The position numbers were made by a program, and so were the translations under genes. A stretch of DNA of 31,123 bases from Malacoraja senta (taxonomy: Eukaryota). Below are positions 1 to 10,496 of this stretch, piece after piece; the first letter of the stretch is position 1, and each line of letters begins with the position of its first letter. Below the pieces are notes generated by a model that saw only the letters and a program-made list of their open reading frames with translations, had not been told where the DNA came from and searched no databases. Location of the stretch: NCBI GenBank assembly GCA_038087875.1, contig JAXLNO010000625.1, positions 124,001 to 155,123 on the forward strand, given 5' to 3'.

Positions 1-1206
1 ATCCCAACTTCTATATTCAATGCTCTGATTTATAAAGGCCAGCACACCAAAAGCTTTCTTTACCACCCTATCTACATGAGATTCCACCTTCAGGGAACTA
101 TGCACAGTTATTCCTAGATCCCTCTGTTCAACTGCATTCCTCAATTCGCTACCATTTACCATGTACGTCCTATTTTGATTTGTCCTGCCGAGATGTAGCA
201 CCTCACATTTATCAGCATTAAACTCCATCTGCCATCTTTCAGCCCACTCTTCCAAATGGCCTAAATCTCTCTGTAGACTTTGAAAATCTACTTCATTATC
301 ACAACACCACCTATCTTAGTATCATCTGCATACTTACTAATCCAATTTTCCACACCGTCATCCAGATCATTGATGTACATGACAAACAACAGTGGACCCA
401 ACACAGACCCCTGAGGCACCCCACTAGTCACTGGCCTCCAACCTGACAAACAGCCATCCACCATTACTCTCTGGCATCTCCCATTCAGCCACTGTTGAAT
501 CCATCTTGCTACTCCACCATTAATACCCAACAATTGAATCTTCTTAACCAACCTTCCATGATGAACCTTGTCAAAGGCCTTACTGAAGTCCATATAGACA
601 ACATCCACTGCTTTACCCTCATCAATTTCCCTAGTAACCTCTTCGAAAATTTCAAGAAGATTAGTCAAACATGACCTTCCAGGCACAAATCCATGTTGAC
701 TGTTCCTAATCAGACCCTGCTTATCCAGATGCTTATATATATTATCTTTAAGTATCCTTTCCATTAATTTGCCCACCACTGACGTCAAACTAACAGGTCT
801 ATAATTGCTAGGTTTACTCTTAGAACCCTTTTTAAACAACGGAACAACATGCGCAGTACGCCAATCCTCCGGCACTATTCCCGTTTCTAATGACATTTGA
901 AATATTTCTGTCATAGCCCCTGCTATTTCTACACTAACTTCCCTCAATGTCCTAGGGATTATCCTGTCAGGACCTGGAGACTTATCCGTTTTCATATTTT
1001 TCAAAAGTGTCCGCACCTCCTCTTCTTTGAATCTTATAGTTTCCATTGCGACTCTGCTTGTTTCCCTTACATAATTCCATATCCGTCTCCTTGGTGAATA
1101 CCGAAGAAAAGAAATTGTTCAATATCTCCCCCATCTCTTTTGGCTCTGCAGATAGCTGTCCACTCTGACTCTCTAATGGACCAATTTTATTCCTTGTTAT
1201 CCTTTT
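1..1206 (-). mobile_element. CR1-clade LINE, 5'-truncated, continues off the left edge
   Basis: Encodes typical CR1 ORF2 motifs: [54 protein letters not shown]. Confidence 0.95.
288..1046 (-). pseudogene. CR1 ORF2 reverse transcriptase fragment
   Basis: 252-aa ORF with RT motifs through YADD; the frame is lost right after GGVV. Confidence 0.92.
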
Positions 1207-1261
1207 AAAATTAATCCTCTCATTTTATGGAGTACAGTATCCCCATTCATTTAACAAACAA

Positions 1262-1733
1262 ATTACGAGGATGTTGCCAGGACTAGAGGGTCTAAGCTTT
1301 AGGGAGACGTTGAGTAGGCTGGGTCTCTATTCCTTGGAGCGCAGGAGGATGAAGGGTGATCTTATAGAGGTGTATATGATCATGAGAGGAATAGATCGGG
1401 TAGATGCACAGAATCTCTTGCCCAGAGTAGGGGAATCGAGGACCAGAGGACATAGGTTCAAGGTGAAGGGTAAAAGATTTTATAGGAATCTGAGCGGTAA
1501 CTTTTTCGCACAAAGTGTGGTGGATGCATGGAACAAGCTGCCAGAGGAAGTAGTTGAGGCAGGGACTATCCCAACGTTTAAGAAACAGTTAGACAGGTAC
1601 AAGGATAGGACAGGTTTGGAGGGATATGGACCAAACGCAGGCAGGTGGGACTAGTGTAGCTGGGACATGTTGGCCGGTGTGGGCAAGTTGGACCGAAGAG
1701 CCTGTTTCCACACTGTATCACTCTGTGACTCTA
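1262..1733 (+). mobile_element. CR1-clade LINE 3' end (ORF2 C-terminus, 3' UTR, short-repeat tail)
   Basis: ORF 1271-1654 has LGLYSLERRR..GDLIEVY, TRGH, WNKLP; 3' UTR ccgaagagcctgtttcc; tail actctgtgactcta. Confidence 0.92.
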
Positions 1734-1811
1734 AAGTATGATAGAAGCACATTAAAGCACAATGTATGATTATATTGTCCACAGTAATAGTTTACTGGTA
1801 ACAAATAAATA

Positions 1812-1873
1812 ATTTTACTTCGGAGTCACGTTGGTGACTACGTGAAGAAGACCCGTCAGGGCGCATGCGCATC
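1812..1873 (+). repeat. DIRS A left inverted terminal repeat
   Basis: 1822-1873 is an imperfect reverse complement of 6421-6472; 1812-1847 is the reverse complement of 6189-6224 (1 mismatch). Confidence 0.92.
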
Positions 1874-1902
1874 ATTACGTCGGTCGCATTGGCGCACAGA
1901 CA

Positions 1903-2226
1903 GCAGGAGGACAGAGCTCCTCCCAATGTAAGTACTTTTAGGGTATTTTTAAAGAGTTTTAAAGCTCCAGCTAAGTCTGAAACTTGTCAGAAATTTAGCT
2001 GGAGTAAAATAAGTTCCTTGACTGTGGTGCTGTGCTCTGTGTTTTGTCACAGGCAGCACCATGGTGAAGACGAGCAGGGGAGGATAGAGCTCCTCCTGTG
2101 GTAAGTACTTTTAAAGTACTTACATAGTTTTAAAGCTCCAGCTAAGTGGGAAGCTTAGCTGGAGGTAAAGTTTATTTTGTGGTGCACTGTGTTTTTTATT
2201 ACAGGCAGCACCATGATGAAGACGAC
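1903..2226 (+). repeat. Tandem duplication (~150-170 bp x2) of the DIRS A 5' leader with splice-like signals
   Basis: Each unit has agagctcctcc, GTAAGT, a ctccagctaa..ttagctggag hairpin, a T-rich tract and acag|gcagcaccATG. Confidence 0.85.
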
Positions 2227-3400
2227 CCGGGGGAGGGCAGCCGCAGGTAAAGGCCGCGGGAATGCGGTCTGTCAGCGGCTGCCTCGTACCCCTGCACAGT
2301 CGCCGACCGGGAGCGGGGCGACTTCAGACTGAGTGCTAAAAAGCACCAAAGTCAACGCCTGTCGGGCGTAAGGCACGGGGAAGTCTGGGAGGCCCTTGGA
2401 CTCAACTGAGTCAGGCTACAACGAGCCTGTACGGGGCTGGAGACGTTTTTTAAACGGTTCTTCCAAATGGAGCACCTCATCCAGAGGTTGCTCCAGAAAC
2501 GCACACTCCGGGGATGAGTCGTGTGGGCGGTAGGCTGCAGAAAGGCCACGCCGGCAGCACCTGGTAGAGGGCTGCTTAAAGCACCCTCATGCATGAGGTG
2601 AGTGCAGAGGGTCAGCTAAGTTCTGACCCCGACTCTGACTGAGACTTGGAAATAGTGAAGAACGGCCATTGTCAGAGGTCCATTCTCTGGCAGCACGATT
2701 CGCTGTCCAGTCAGAGTATGGAGTGCCACTGCGAGAAGAGCTGGCCTCCACGATAGGGTCAGCTCAGTTCTGACCCGATTCTGACGGAGACTTTGTTGAA
2801 TAGCGAAGAACGGCCGTTGTCAGAGGTCCATTCTCTGGCAGCATGATTCGCTGTCCCGTCAGAGTATGGAATGCCACTGGGAAAGCGAAGACGGACGTTG
2901 TCAGAGTTCCCATCTCTGGCAGTACGATTCGCTGTCCAGTCAGAGTCTGGAATCACCAAGAGACGGGGTAACTGCGAGTTGCTGAAGGTGCCAGCAGTGA
3001 ACCGGGTGATATGGAGCCAGACGGGCGTGGGCGTGCAGTGCCCAGGAGATGAAGCTGCAGAGAATCCTGAAATTACTTGGCTCAGGAATCACGACGTTCG
3101 CGAGAACGGTGGATGGAGGGCATGTGTTGGAGACACAGCAAGAGGTACTAGGGTTGCTTTGTAGCACCCATTTTTTAGATAAATTGTCTCAGGGAAAGTG
3201 CCATTCGGCCCACCATTAATTCCAAGAATGCAGTATTTTTCCCAGCCTAGCAACATACAGCCGGCAAACCTATTCTTCGGAGAGGACCTCGCCAAGAGTG
3301 TCAAGGACATGGACGGCGAGGCAAAGACGGTGGCTTGATCAAGCCACCGGCAGTCGGCAAGTTTCCAAAAGAAAGTACCCCTACAAATGAAGTGGGAACA
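2213..3400 (+). pseudogene. DIRS A gag-like ORF1 remnant
   Basis: NCELLKVPAVNRVIW matches NCAFLKVPAVNSAIW in element B; multiple stops and frameshifts; boundaries approximate. Confidence 0.7.
2611..2957 (+). repeat. Internal tandem repeat in DIRS A gag (units start 2611 and 2758, partial third near 2884)
   Basis: ttgtcagag.tccat...tctggcag..cgattcgctgtcc.gtcagagt.tgga recurs three times. Confidence 0.88.
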
Positions 3401-3429
3401 TGGTCAAACATCCACCAGGTACCAAGGAG

Positions 3430-5040
3430 GTAGGTGGGCCTGGTTCTCAGGTGCACATATCAAATGTGACACAACTTAAACTGGGGTACATTACATCTGT
3501 TTCTGGGATGAATGGAAGCAAATTACCTTAGCTCTGTTTATACAGAGTGTTATTCAAAGGTTTCGAATGGATTTCAATCCAAATTGTGATTTGGACATTC
3601 AGCATGTTCTTGATAGAACTATTCAGTTTTCATTAACAGAACAGATGGATGTTCAGATTGCGCTTGCAAGCTTATGTGATAAAGGTGTAATTATAAGTTG
3701 GTTCACCAACCCATCAATTTGTGTCTAATATTTTCCCAGGCCAAAAAAGGATGGGGGATGTAGTATAGGCATTGAAAGATGGAATTGTCACTGCCAAGCA
3801 ACTGGGCAAGAGGATGCTATATGGCGACTCTAGAGCTTAAAGATGCGCATTACTCAATGTCTGTTTATTTGCAGGATATTTGAAATTCACCTGGATGGAT
3901 CAACTATGGCAACAAAATTGTTAAAACCTATAAAAGGCATGCTGAAAGGCCAGGGTACAGGTGTTCATGGCTTAACTCGATGATATCTTGATTACAGGGG
4001 TATCCAAGAGAACAGCTGAAGTAACAGGTGATAGTTGTTAAATCCAATTTTCAAAGATTGGGCATTAGTCATCCAGAGGAACCCAAATTAACACCTGACT
4101 ATTTGGCTCACAATTGATTCAATTAAGTGACTCTGCCCAGGAGAAAAAGGGTAGAGCTAATTGACAGGTCTATCAAGCTAATTGAGGCATTATGGATACA
4201 TTTGGGTCATTATAATAGACCTATGCAGTTATCAGTAAAGGCTATTTCTGATTTGCAATGGTGGATTCACCATGTGTCCAGAATATAGCAAGGTAATGCT
4301 TGACCAGCCTTCCATGATTTTGCAGATGAATGTCAGTGCACTCGGGTGAGGTGTCACGGATACGAGTTTCAGCTGTGGAGGCAGATGGACTGAGCAAGAG
4401 GCATCGTTTGTGCAGACATGGGCAATTAACTATAAAGAGGCTTATTGCTCTAACAAATGTAATCTGCATGTTCAGTTTCAGATTGACAATACTACGCAAG
4501 TGGCATATATATTAATCAAATTTGGGCCTGGTGCATGGAAAAATATATTTCAGCTATTTATCTACCAGGTAGATTCTACATAGTAGCAGACGCCAAGTCA
4601 CGAAAGTTCCATGACAACATAGATTGGATGTTGAACCAGGAGGTGTTCAATAATATAGTACTTATATATGAATGCCAGATATCGATTTGTTTTGCATCAA
4701 GGTTCAACCATCAGCAGCCTAAATAGGTTTCATGGAAACCAGACCAGGTGGCAGTTGCAATTGATACTTTGACGTTACATTGGGGTGGTATGTTTTATAT
4801 ATTTTCCTACCATTTTGCCTAATAGGTCAGAGTCTGCAAGAAATCAAGCAGGATGCTGCTTTGGGGGTGCTTGTAATACCTAATTGGCTGAATCAAGCAT
4901 GGTTCCCTTTGATGTTACAGTTAGGGATCCAACCTCTTTTTGGTGGTTCCCAAGCGTAGGAATTGACTGGAGCATCCGCTAACAAGGGGAAGTCATCTGT
5001 TATGTGATTGTATTGACTTGTTAGTTTGCAGGTTTTAAGA
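3430..5040 (+). pseudogene. DIRS A RT / RNase H / DNA N6-adenine methyltransferase-like remnant
   Basis: PKKDGGC (~3741), LELKDAHYS (~3829), MA*LDDIL (~3967), VAYIN (~4500), ADAKSR, FASRFNHQ, PNWLNQAWFP; heavily disrupted. Confidence 0.85.
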
Positions 5041-6015
5041 AGGCCATACCTGAAGCAAGGACTGGCTGGGTGAATGGTGGACATGCTCACTGTAGCCTGG
5101 AGAAAGAGTACTCAAAAGGGGTATATTACTTATGTAAAAAACTTGGAGCAATATTGTGTACAAAATAATATTGACTATAGTACTGCAGGTATTGTGGATA
5201 TTTTAGAGTTCCTGTTGACACTCTACGATGATGAGGGGCTCAGTTATAGCACCATTAATACAGCTTTAAGTGCTTTGTCATAGTATGGTTTTGATGGGGT
5301 CAGGAAAGATCCCATTGAGTTTCATCATATCATAGCTGGATTGATGAAAGGAATTTCAACTCTAAACTTCCTAAACCCAGGTATATGGCGATCTGGAATG
5401 TAAGTGTGTTCCTCAAGATGCTTTGACAGTAGGTTCCTGTCATGTCTCTGAATTTGCCAGACTAATCATGAAAGTGTTTATGCTCTTGGCATTGGTTCAG
5501 CATAGCAAGTGCAGATTTTGCAAAAACTTCTGCTAGACAGGATGGAAGTTTCTGAAGAGAATGTTATGTTATATAATTGCGTACTGCTTAAGCAGAGCAG
5601 GCCAGGTGTCACAGGTTTGTGAAAATTGTGTTTCAGCATAACCTACTGATCCATGTTTATGTATAATGGCAAATTTATTTTCATTATATTGAAGCTATAA
5701 AGACCTTAAGAAATGTGGAAACAGCATTGTTTATCAGTTACATGAAGCCACACAGGAGAGTGTTAGTGCAGACTATCTCAAGGTGGTTTAAAGCAAATGT
5801 TGATTAAGGCAGGTATTAACACTGAAGTGTATATATCCTTTTTTCCCACTAGTGCAGCAGCAACGTCGTCAGCTACGGCGATGGATGTTCACAGCGGCCA
5901 TATTTTTATAGGTGCCGGGTGGTCAAATGAATTTTTTTAAATTTTTTTTTTTAATTTGACCATCGGCCGATCAGAGAAAGGCTGTTTGCAAATTCAGGAT
6001 TAAGTCCTGTTTAGT
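5040..6015 (+). pseudogene. DIRS A tyrosine recombinase remnant
   Basis: ORF 5074-5283 has GLSYSTINTALSALS; later LKQSRPG, KPHRRVLVQTISRW and GAGWSNE, colinear with the element B YR. Confidence 0.85.
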
Positions 6016-6188
6016 TTCCCCTGGGATAGAGGGGTTACTGGTTGTTTTGATTATTCAAATCAATTGTTACTGCATGATATTCACATTTCATGTTTAACGC
6101 ATTATTGATTGTTTCTCATCGAAAGTCAATCAATGCAGTGAGAAGCCGGGATTTGGATCTGTGGCATAAAATCACAGAGCTATGAACC

Positions 6189-6300
6189 CTTCACGTAGTC
6201 ACAAACGTGACTCCGAAGTAAAATAGTAAGATTAAACGAGAACTTACCGAGTTTGAAGTTTGATCTTTATTTTATGAGGAGTTACGTTGGTGATTACGTG
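6189..6300 (+). repeat. DIRS A internal complementary region (ICR)
   Basis: First part is complementary to the left end (1812-1847), second part to the right end (6450-6531); the two overlap at taaaat 6219-6224. Confidence 0.93.
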
Positions 6301-6420
6301 CCCGCCACGCCCAACCCTCTCTCATAAGAAAGGTCATATGGTAGTTCTCATGTTGCTCATCCTAATATGTTACTTCAAATATTGTGTTATCTGTGATTTC
6401 ATACCGCTGCTTTGAAGATT

Positions 6421-6531
6421 GACGCGCATGTGCCCTGACGGGTTTTCTTCACGTAATCACCAACGTAACTCCTCATAAAATAAAGATCAAACTTCAAACT
6501 TGGTAAGTTCTCGTTTAATCTTACTATTTTA
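6421..6531 (+). repeat. DIRS A right ITR plus right extension
   Basis: Complementary to the left ITR and to ICR 6219-6300. Confidence 0.92.
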
Positions 6532-6710
6532 GTGGCATTTCTATAAAGCTGGTGCTCAAAAACGGAACACATTTCTCCAACATGTCTGTCCTCCAGACTA
6601 CAGGGCTAAGGCAAGGTGTTTGCTTGTGTGTTTATTATAGAACACCGAACAATACAGCACTGGGACAAGCCGACCGTGATGCCAGTTCCAACTGCACATC
6701 TGCCTGCGTG

Positions 6711-6981
6711 TAGAAACATAGAAACATAGAAAAATAGGTGCAGGAGTAGGCCATTCGGCCCTTCGAACCATCACCGCCATTCAATATGATCATGGCTGAT
6801 CATCCAGAATCAGTACCCCGCTCCTGTTTTCTCCCCATATCCCTTGATTCCTTTGGCCCTAAGAGCTATATCCAACTCTCTCGTGAATACATCCAGTGAA
6901 TTGGCCTCCACTGCCTTCTGTGGCAGAGAATTCCACAGATTCACAACTTTCTGGGTGAAAAAGTTTTTCCGCACCTCAGTC
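6711..6981 (-). mobile_element. CR1-clade LINE 3' end
   Basis: (tagaaaca)n tail, ggagtaggccattcggcccttcga UTR; antisense encodes RKNFFTQKVVNLWNSLP. Confidence 0.9.
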
Positions 6982-7065
6982 TATATCCTTCCATGCCCTG
7001 CCTGTTCCTATGTCTATCTAAATGATTATGGAGTACTTTCCTTTGATTCTGCTATTGCTTGCTAT

Positions 7066-7462
7066 TTCTTCTTAGGCTGACCATGGGTGTCTCCACGGTT
7101 GGAGGATGCCAGTGCGTGACTTTATTTAACGTGGGGAGACTGGTGCACAGACAGCCACCACATGGCCTTTGACAGATCTGGGTCAGGATCCAGTGGCATG
7201 GAGTCCAAGCCGATCGGAGACCCTTTTCTGCTGCTGCCTTCATCCGCCTTCCCAGCCTTCCCAGCTCCACTAAGGTCAGCATCATCCTCCGCCTGTTCCA
7301 ACGTTGAGGTCTTGGTTGGATTGCTCTTTGTCAGAGTCCTCCCCCTTGACCTTACCGCCATGGGTGGCCCTACCAGGAGCACAGCTCTAGATGGCATCGC
7401 TCTCAGGATCTCAGGTCCACACAAGCTTCTCCACCACGACAAGGTGACAATCCACGGAGAAG
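7066..7462 (-). mobile_element. Short RTE (Rex3/Expander-like) derived non-autonomous retroposon
   Basis: Minus strand starts ..caccttgtcgtggtggagaagcttg..ggtagggccacccatgg (resembles RTE 5' UTRs) and ends aagaagaa; candidate TSD tgcttgctat 7056-7065 / tgcctgctat 7463-7472. Confidence 0.65.
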
Positions 7463-8244
7463 TGCCTGCTATACTGTTGGGTGAAGAGCATGCATGGTCC
7501 TAGAATGGAAGTGGTCAGAAGAGCACCATGTAAAGGTTTCATCGCATTCCTGAAATCTACAAACATTGCAAAGATTTTTTTTAAAGATCTTTCCAGCCTC
7601 TTTTTTTGTTCCCACTTCAAATCTCACCCAAAAAGTAGTTTGCATCTGGAAATTTGAAACCATAATCACATGATTGCATTAAATTTCCTCTGTAGTCTTT
7701 ACCAAATTATTAGACTGTAAAAAATACACATGAAAAATATACTATCAGACGAGGTAAGAATGAATTTTTGTCTTTATATTAAAAAAAGTATCAACCTTTC
7801 ATAAGGTATGAATGCTTGTTAAGCTTTGATTACACATGAGATTTTTCACAGCATTTTTTTCATATTCTTATTCGTTATTAAGCTCTGCTAAAACCACAAA
7901 GGAATAAAGAAAGCAGTGCCAGGGAGGATTTATGTCTTCATGTCTGCAAAGTAAAAATCATGCATTATTTGATAAGTACGTTATTCTCGCAATGAAAGAA
8001 AAGAAAGATCCAAATCTTCAAGTCCATCAAATGCTACCATCAATGGAATGCAATAAATTCCAACTCACTCCAATGCCCATTTCATTGCAAAGTTTGCTGA
8101 TTTTGAATGGTTTGATGAAAATGACCGAATCCCATATGAATCTTTACTGAACAACAGAGGTTTGGATTACAGTCAATACAGATGTGATCAGAGGAGCTTT
8201 CCAGTTGCAGTTCCAATCTCCCTTCCATTGACACTTCCATGAAT

Positions 8245-8550
8245 ACTGAAAGGCTTGGATAGAGTGGATGTGGAGAGGATGTTTCCATCAGTGGGAGAGT
8301 CTAGGACCAGTGGTCATAGCCTCGGAACTAAAGGACATTCTTTTAGGAAGGAGATGAGAAGGAATTTATTTAGTCAGATGGTGGTGAATCTGTGGTATTC
8401 TTTGTCACAGAAGGCTGTGGAGGCAACGTCAGCGGATATATTTAAGGCAGAGACTGATAGATTCTTGATTAGTATGGGTGTCAGAGGTTATGGGGAGAAG
8501 GCAGGAGAATGGGGTTAGGAGGGAGAGATAGATCAGCCATGATTCAATGG
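8245..8550 (+). mobile_element. CR1-clade LINE 3' end
   Basis: ORF 8255-8518 has DRVDVERMFP..SRTSGH..VVNLWYSL, followed by a CR1-type UTR. Confidence 0.9.
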
Positions 8551-8744
8551 CGGAGTAGACTTAATGGGCTGAATGGCGTAATTCTACTCATCTCATTTGT
8601 GACCTTATGATAATGACACTGAGGGCTGGATAACTAATCCTGGCTTTGCCAACAAAATGACAGTTCTTCTGAAGTATTTTGGAGTCATGCAGACACAGAG
8701 TACAGAAACAGACCTTGCAGCCCACTACATATCACGCTGCCACC

Positions 8745-9150
8745 AGCAAAGTCAAGAATGAGTCGCACCCTGGCCACTCTCTTACCCCCTCTCCCATCGG
8801 GCAAAAAGTATAAAAGTGTGAAAACGCACACCACCAGATTCAGACAGTTTCTTCCCAGTTGTTATCAAGGCAACTGAACCATCCTACCAACAGCTAGAGA
8901 GCAGTCCTGAACTACTATCCACTTCATTGGAGAGCCTTGGACTATCTTTGATCAGACTTTACTGGCTTTATCTTGCATTAAACGTTATTCACGTTATTTC
9001 CGTTCTCATGTACCTGTACACTGTGGATGGCTCGATTGTATTGATGTACTCTCTTTCCACTGACTGGTTAACACTCTACAAAACTTTCACTCAACACTCA
9101 ACTTTCACTGTACCTTGGTACTCATGACAATAAACAAAAGTAAACTCGAC
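8745..9150 (+). mobile_element. Rex1/Babar-like LINE 3' end
   Basis: HPGHS..PLPSGKKYKSVKTHTTRF..SFFP C-terminal motif; UTR ends ttcactgtaccttggtac..tgacaataaa. Confidence 0.75.
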
Positions 9151-9298
9151 TCAGATCTTTTATGTCAGTGGAGGAATATTGAAACTCCCAAGCAGTGGAT
9201 AATCATGCCTTTAAAATAGTGTGGAATCTCTGCCACCCTGTCCCCATTATTATTTAGCTATTTCCAGAGTTTCCTGAATGGACCGTAAAGAGGAATCC

Positions 9299-9611
9299 GG
9301 AGCGCCACGGTGCACAGCGGTAGAGATGCTGCCTCGCAGCGCCAGAGACCCGGGTTCGATCCTGACTATGGGTGCCTTCTGTGTGGACTTTTTTAATTCT
9401 CCCTGTGACCACGTGGGTTTTCTCCGGGTGCTCCGGTTTCCTTCCACACTCCAAATACGTACAGGTTTGCAGGTTAATTGGCTTCTGTAAATTGTAGATT
9501 GACGCTAGTCTGTAGGACAGCGCTGGTTTATGGGGTGATTGCTGGTAGGCATGGACTCCGTGGTCCAAAGGGCCTGTTTCCACTCTGTATTTCTAAAGAC
9601 CGAAGTCTAAA
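9299..9611 (+). mobile_element. tRNA-derived V-SINE (HE1-like)
   Basis: A-box-like head, B box ggttcgatcc, central V-domain (tctccctgtgaccacgtgggttttctccggg..ggtttcc), CR1-like 3' end aagggcctgtttcc. Confidence 0.88.
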
Positions 9612-9689
9612 GGGCTGGAACAACCATTAAAGTTGAAATCTATGTGACTGAATGTGAGGGTGACAATTGAACATAAGGGAGATAGAGTG

Positions 9690-9795
9690 GCGCATCCACA
9701 TAGAACTCGGGTGAATGGGTGATCGATGGTCAGTGTGGCCTTGGTGGGCGAAAGGGCCGGTTTTAATGCTATATCTTTCAAATTCACTCAATCAA
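9690..9795 (+). mobile_element. Degenerate V-SINE/CR1 3' fragment
   Basis: gggtgatcgatggtcagtgtggccttggtgggcgaaagggccggttt resembles the SINE 3' ends in this window. Confidence 0.6.
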
Positions 9796-10097
9796 TGTAA
9801 TTTTGGACTGAACCAAGAGTGTACTATGCATCAATCACCCAGTACAACTGGCAAACTACGGTAGATATAGCACGACAGCTACATTCCCACTCTCCAGAAG
9901 TTCAGCATGAACCGCTGCTCCTTTGCATTCTCTCTGGTGCAGAGATAGAACCTCCCTTCCACACCCTAATTTGAGTGGCCAGCCCTGGTCACCCAGTAGT
10001 CTCTGGCCAGGACGGTGAGGTAATTCATTAAACTTGATTTATACCTGTAAAACTAATACTCAGCCCTCAATGAGAAGAAGGTTTTCTCTTACCAATA

Positions 10098-10496
10098 GAT
10101 AGACACAAAATGCTGGAGTAACTCTGCAGGACAGGCAGCATCTCTGGAGTGAAGGAATGGATGACGTTTCGGGTCAAGACCTTTCTTCAGTCTGAGATGT
10201 GTAAGAAAGAACTGCAGATGCTGGAAAAATCAAAGGTAGACAAAAATGCTGGAGAAACTCAGCGGGTGAGGCAGCATCTATGGAGCGAAGGAAGAGGTGA
10301 CGTTTCGGGTTGAGACCCCTCTTCAGACTCAAGAAGGGTCTGAAGAAGGTTCTCGACCCGAAACGTTACCTCTTCCTTCGCTCCATAGATGCTGCCTCAC
10401 CCGCTGAGTTTCTCCAGCATTTTTGTGTACCTTCTTCAGTCTGAATACTGCCTGTCCCACTGAGTTACTCCAGCATCTGCAGTTCCATCCTCCACA
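10098..10496. mobile_element. Nested inverted pair of hammerhead-core repeats (probable Penelope-like pseudo-LTR derivatives)
   Basis: Outer TSD-like 10083-10097 / 10497-10511; inner insert 10196-10431 flanked by perfect ttcttcagtctga; inner arms 10234-10328 / 10338-10432. Confidence 0.75.

Larger units (their letters stand above)
1812..6531 (+). mobile_element. DIRS1-like tyrosine-recombinase retrotransposon, full-length, degenerate (element A)
   Basis: Split inverted termini plus ICR; decayed gag, RT (PKKDGG, LKDA, LDD), methyltransferase-like (FASRFNHQ, FPPF, QAWFP) and YR remnants. Confidence 0.93.

Noticed and set aside
7122..7503. 106 and 113 aa ORFs
   Set aside because: They lie in the RTE-like UTR sequence and show no protein motifs.
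8060..8160. Possible exon SNAHFIAKFADFEWFDENDRIPY
   Set aside because: No convincing splice sites; KFAD suggests a very old LINE RT remnant.
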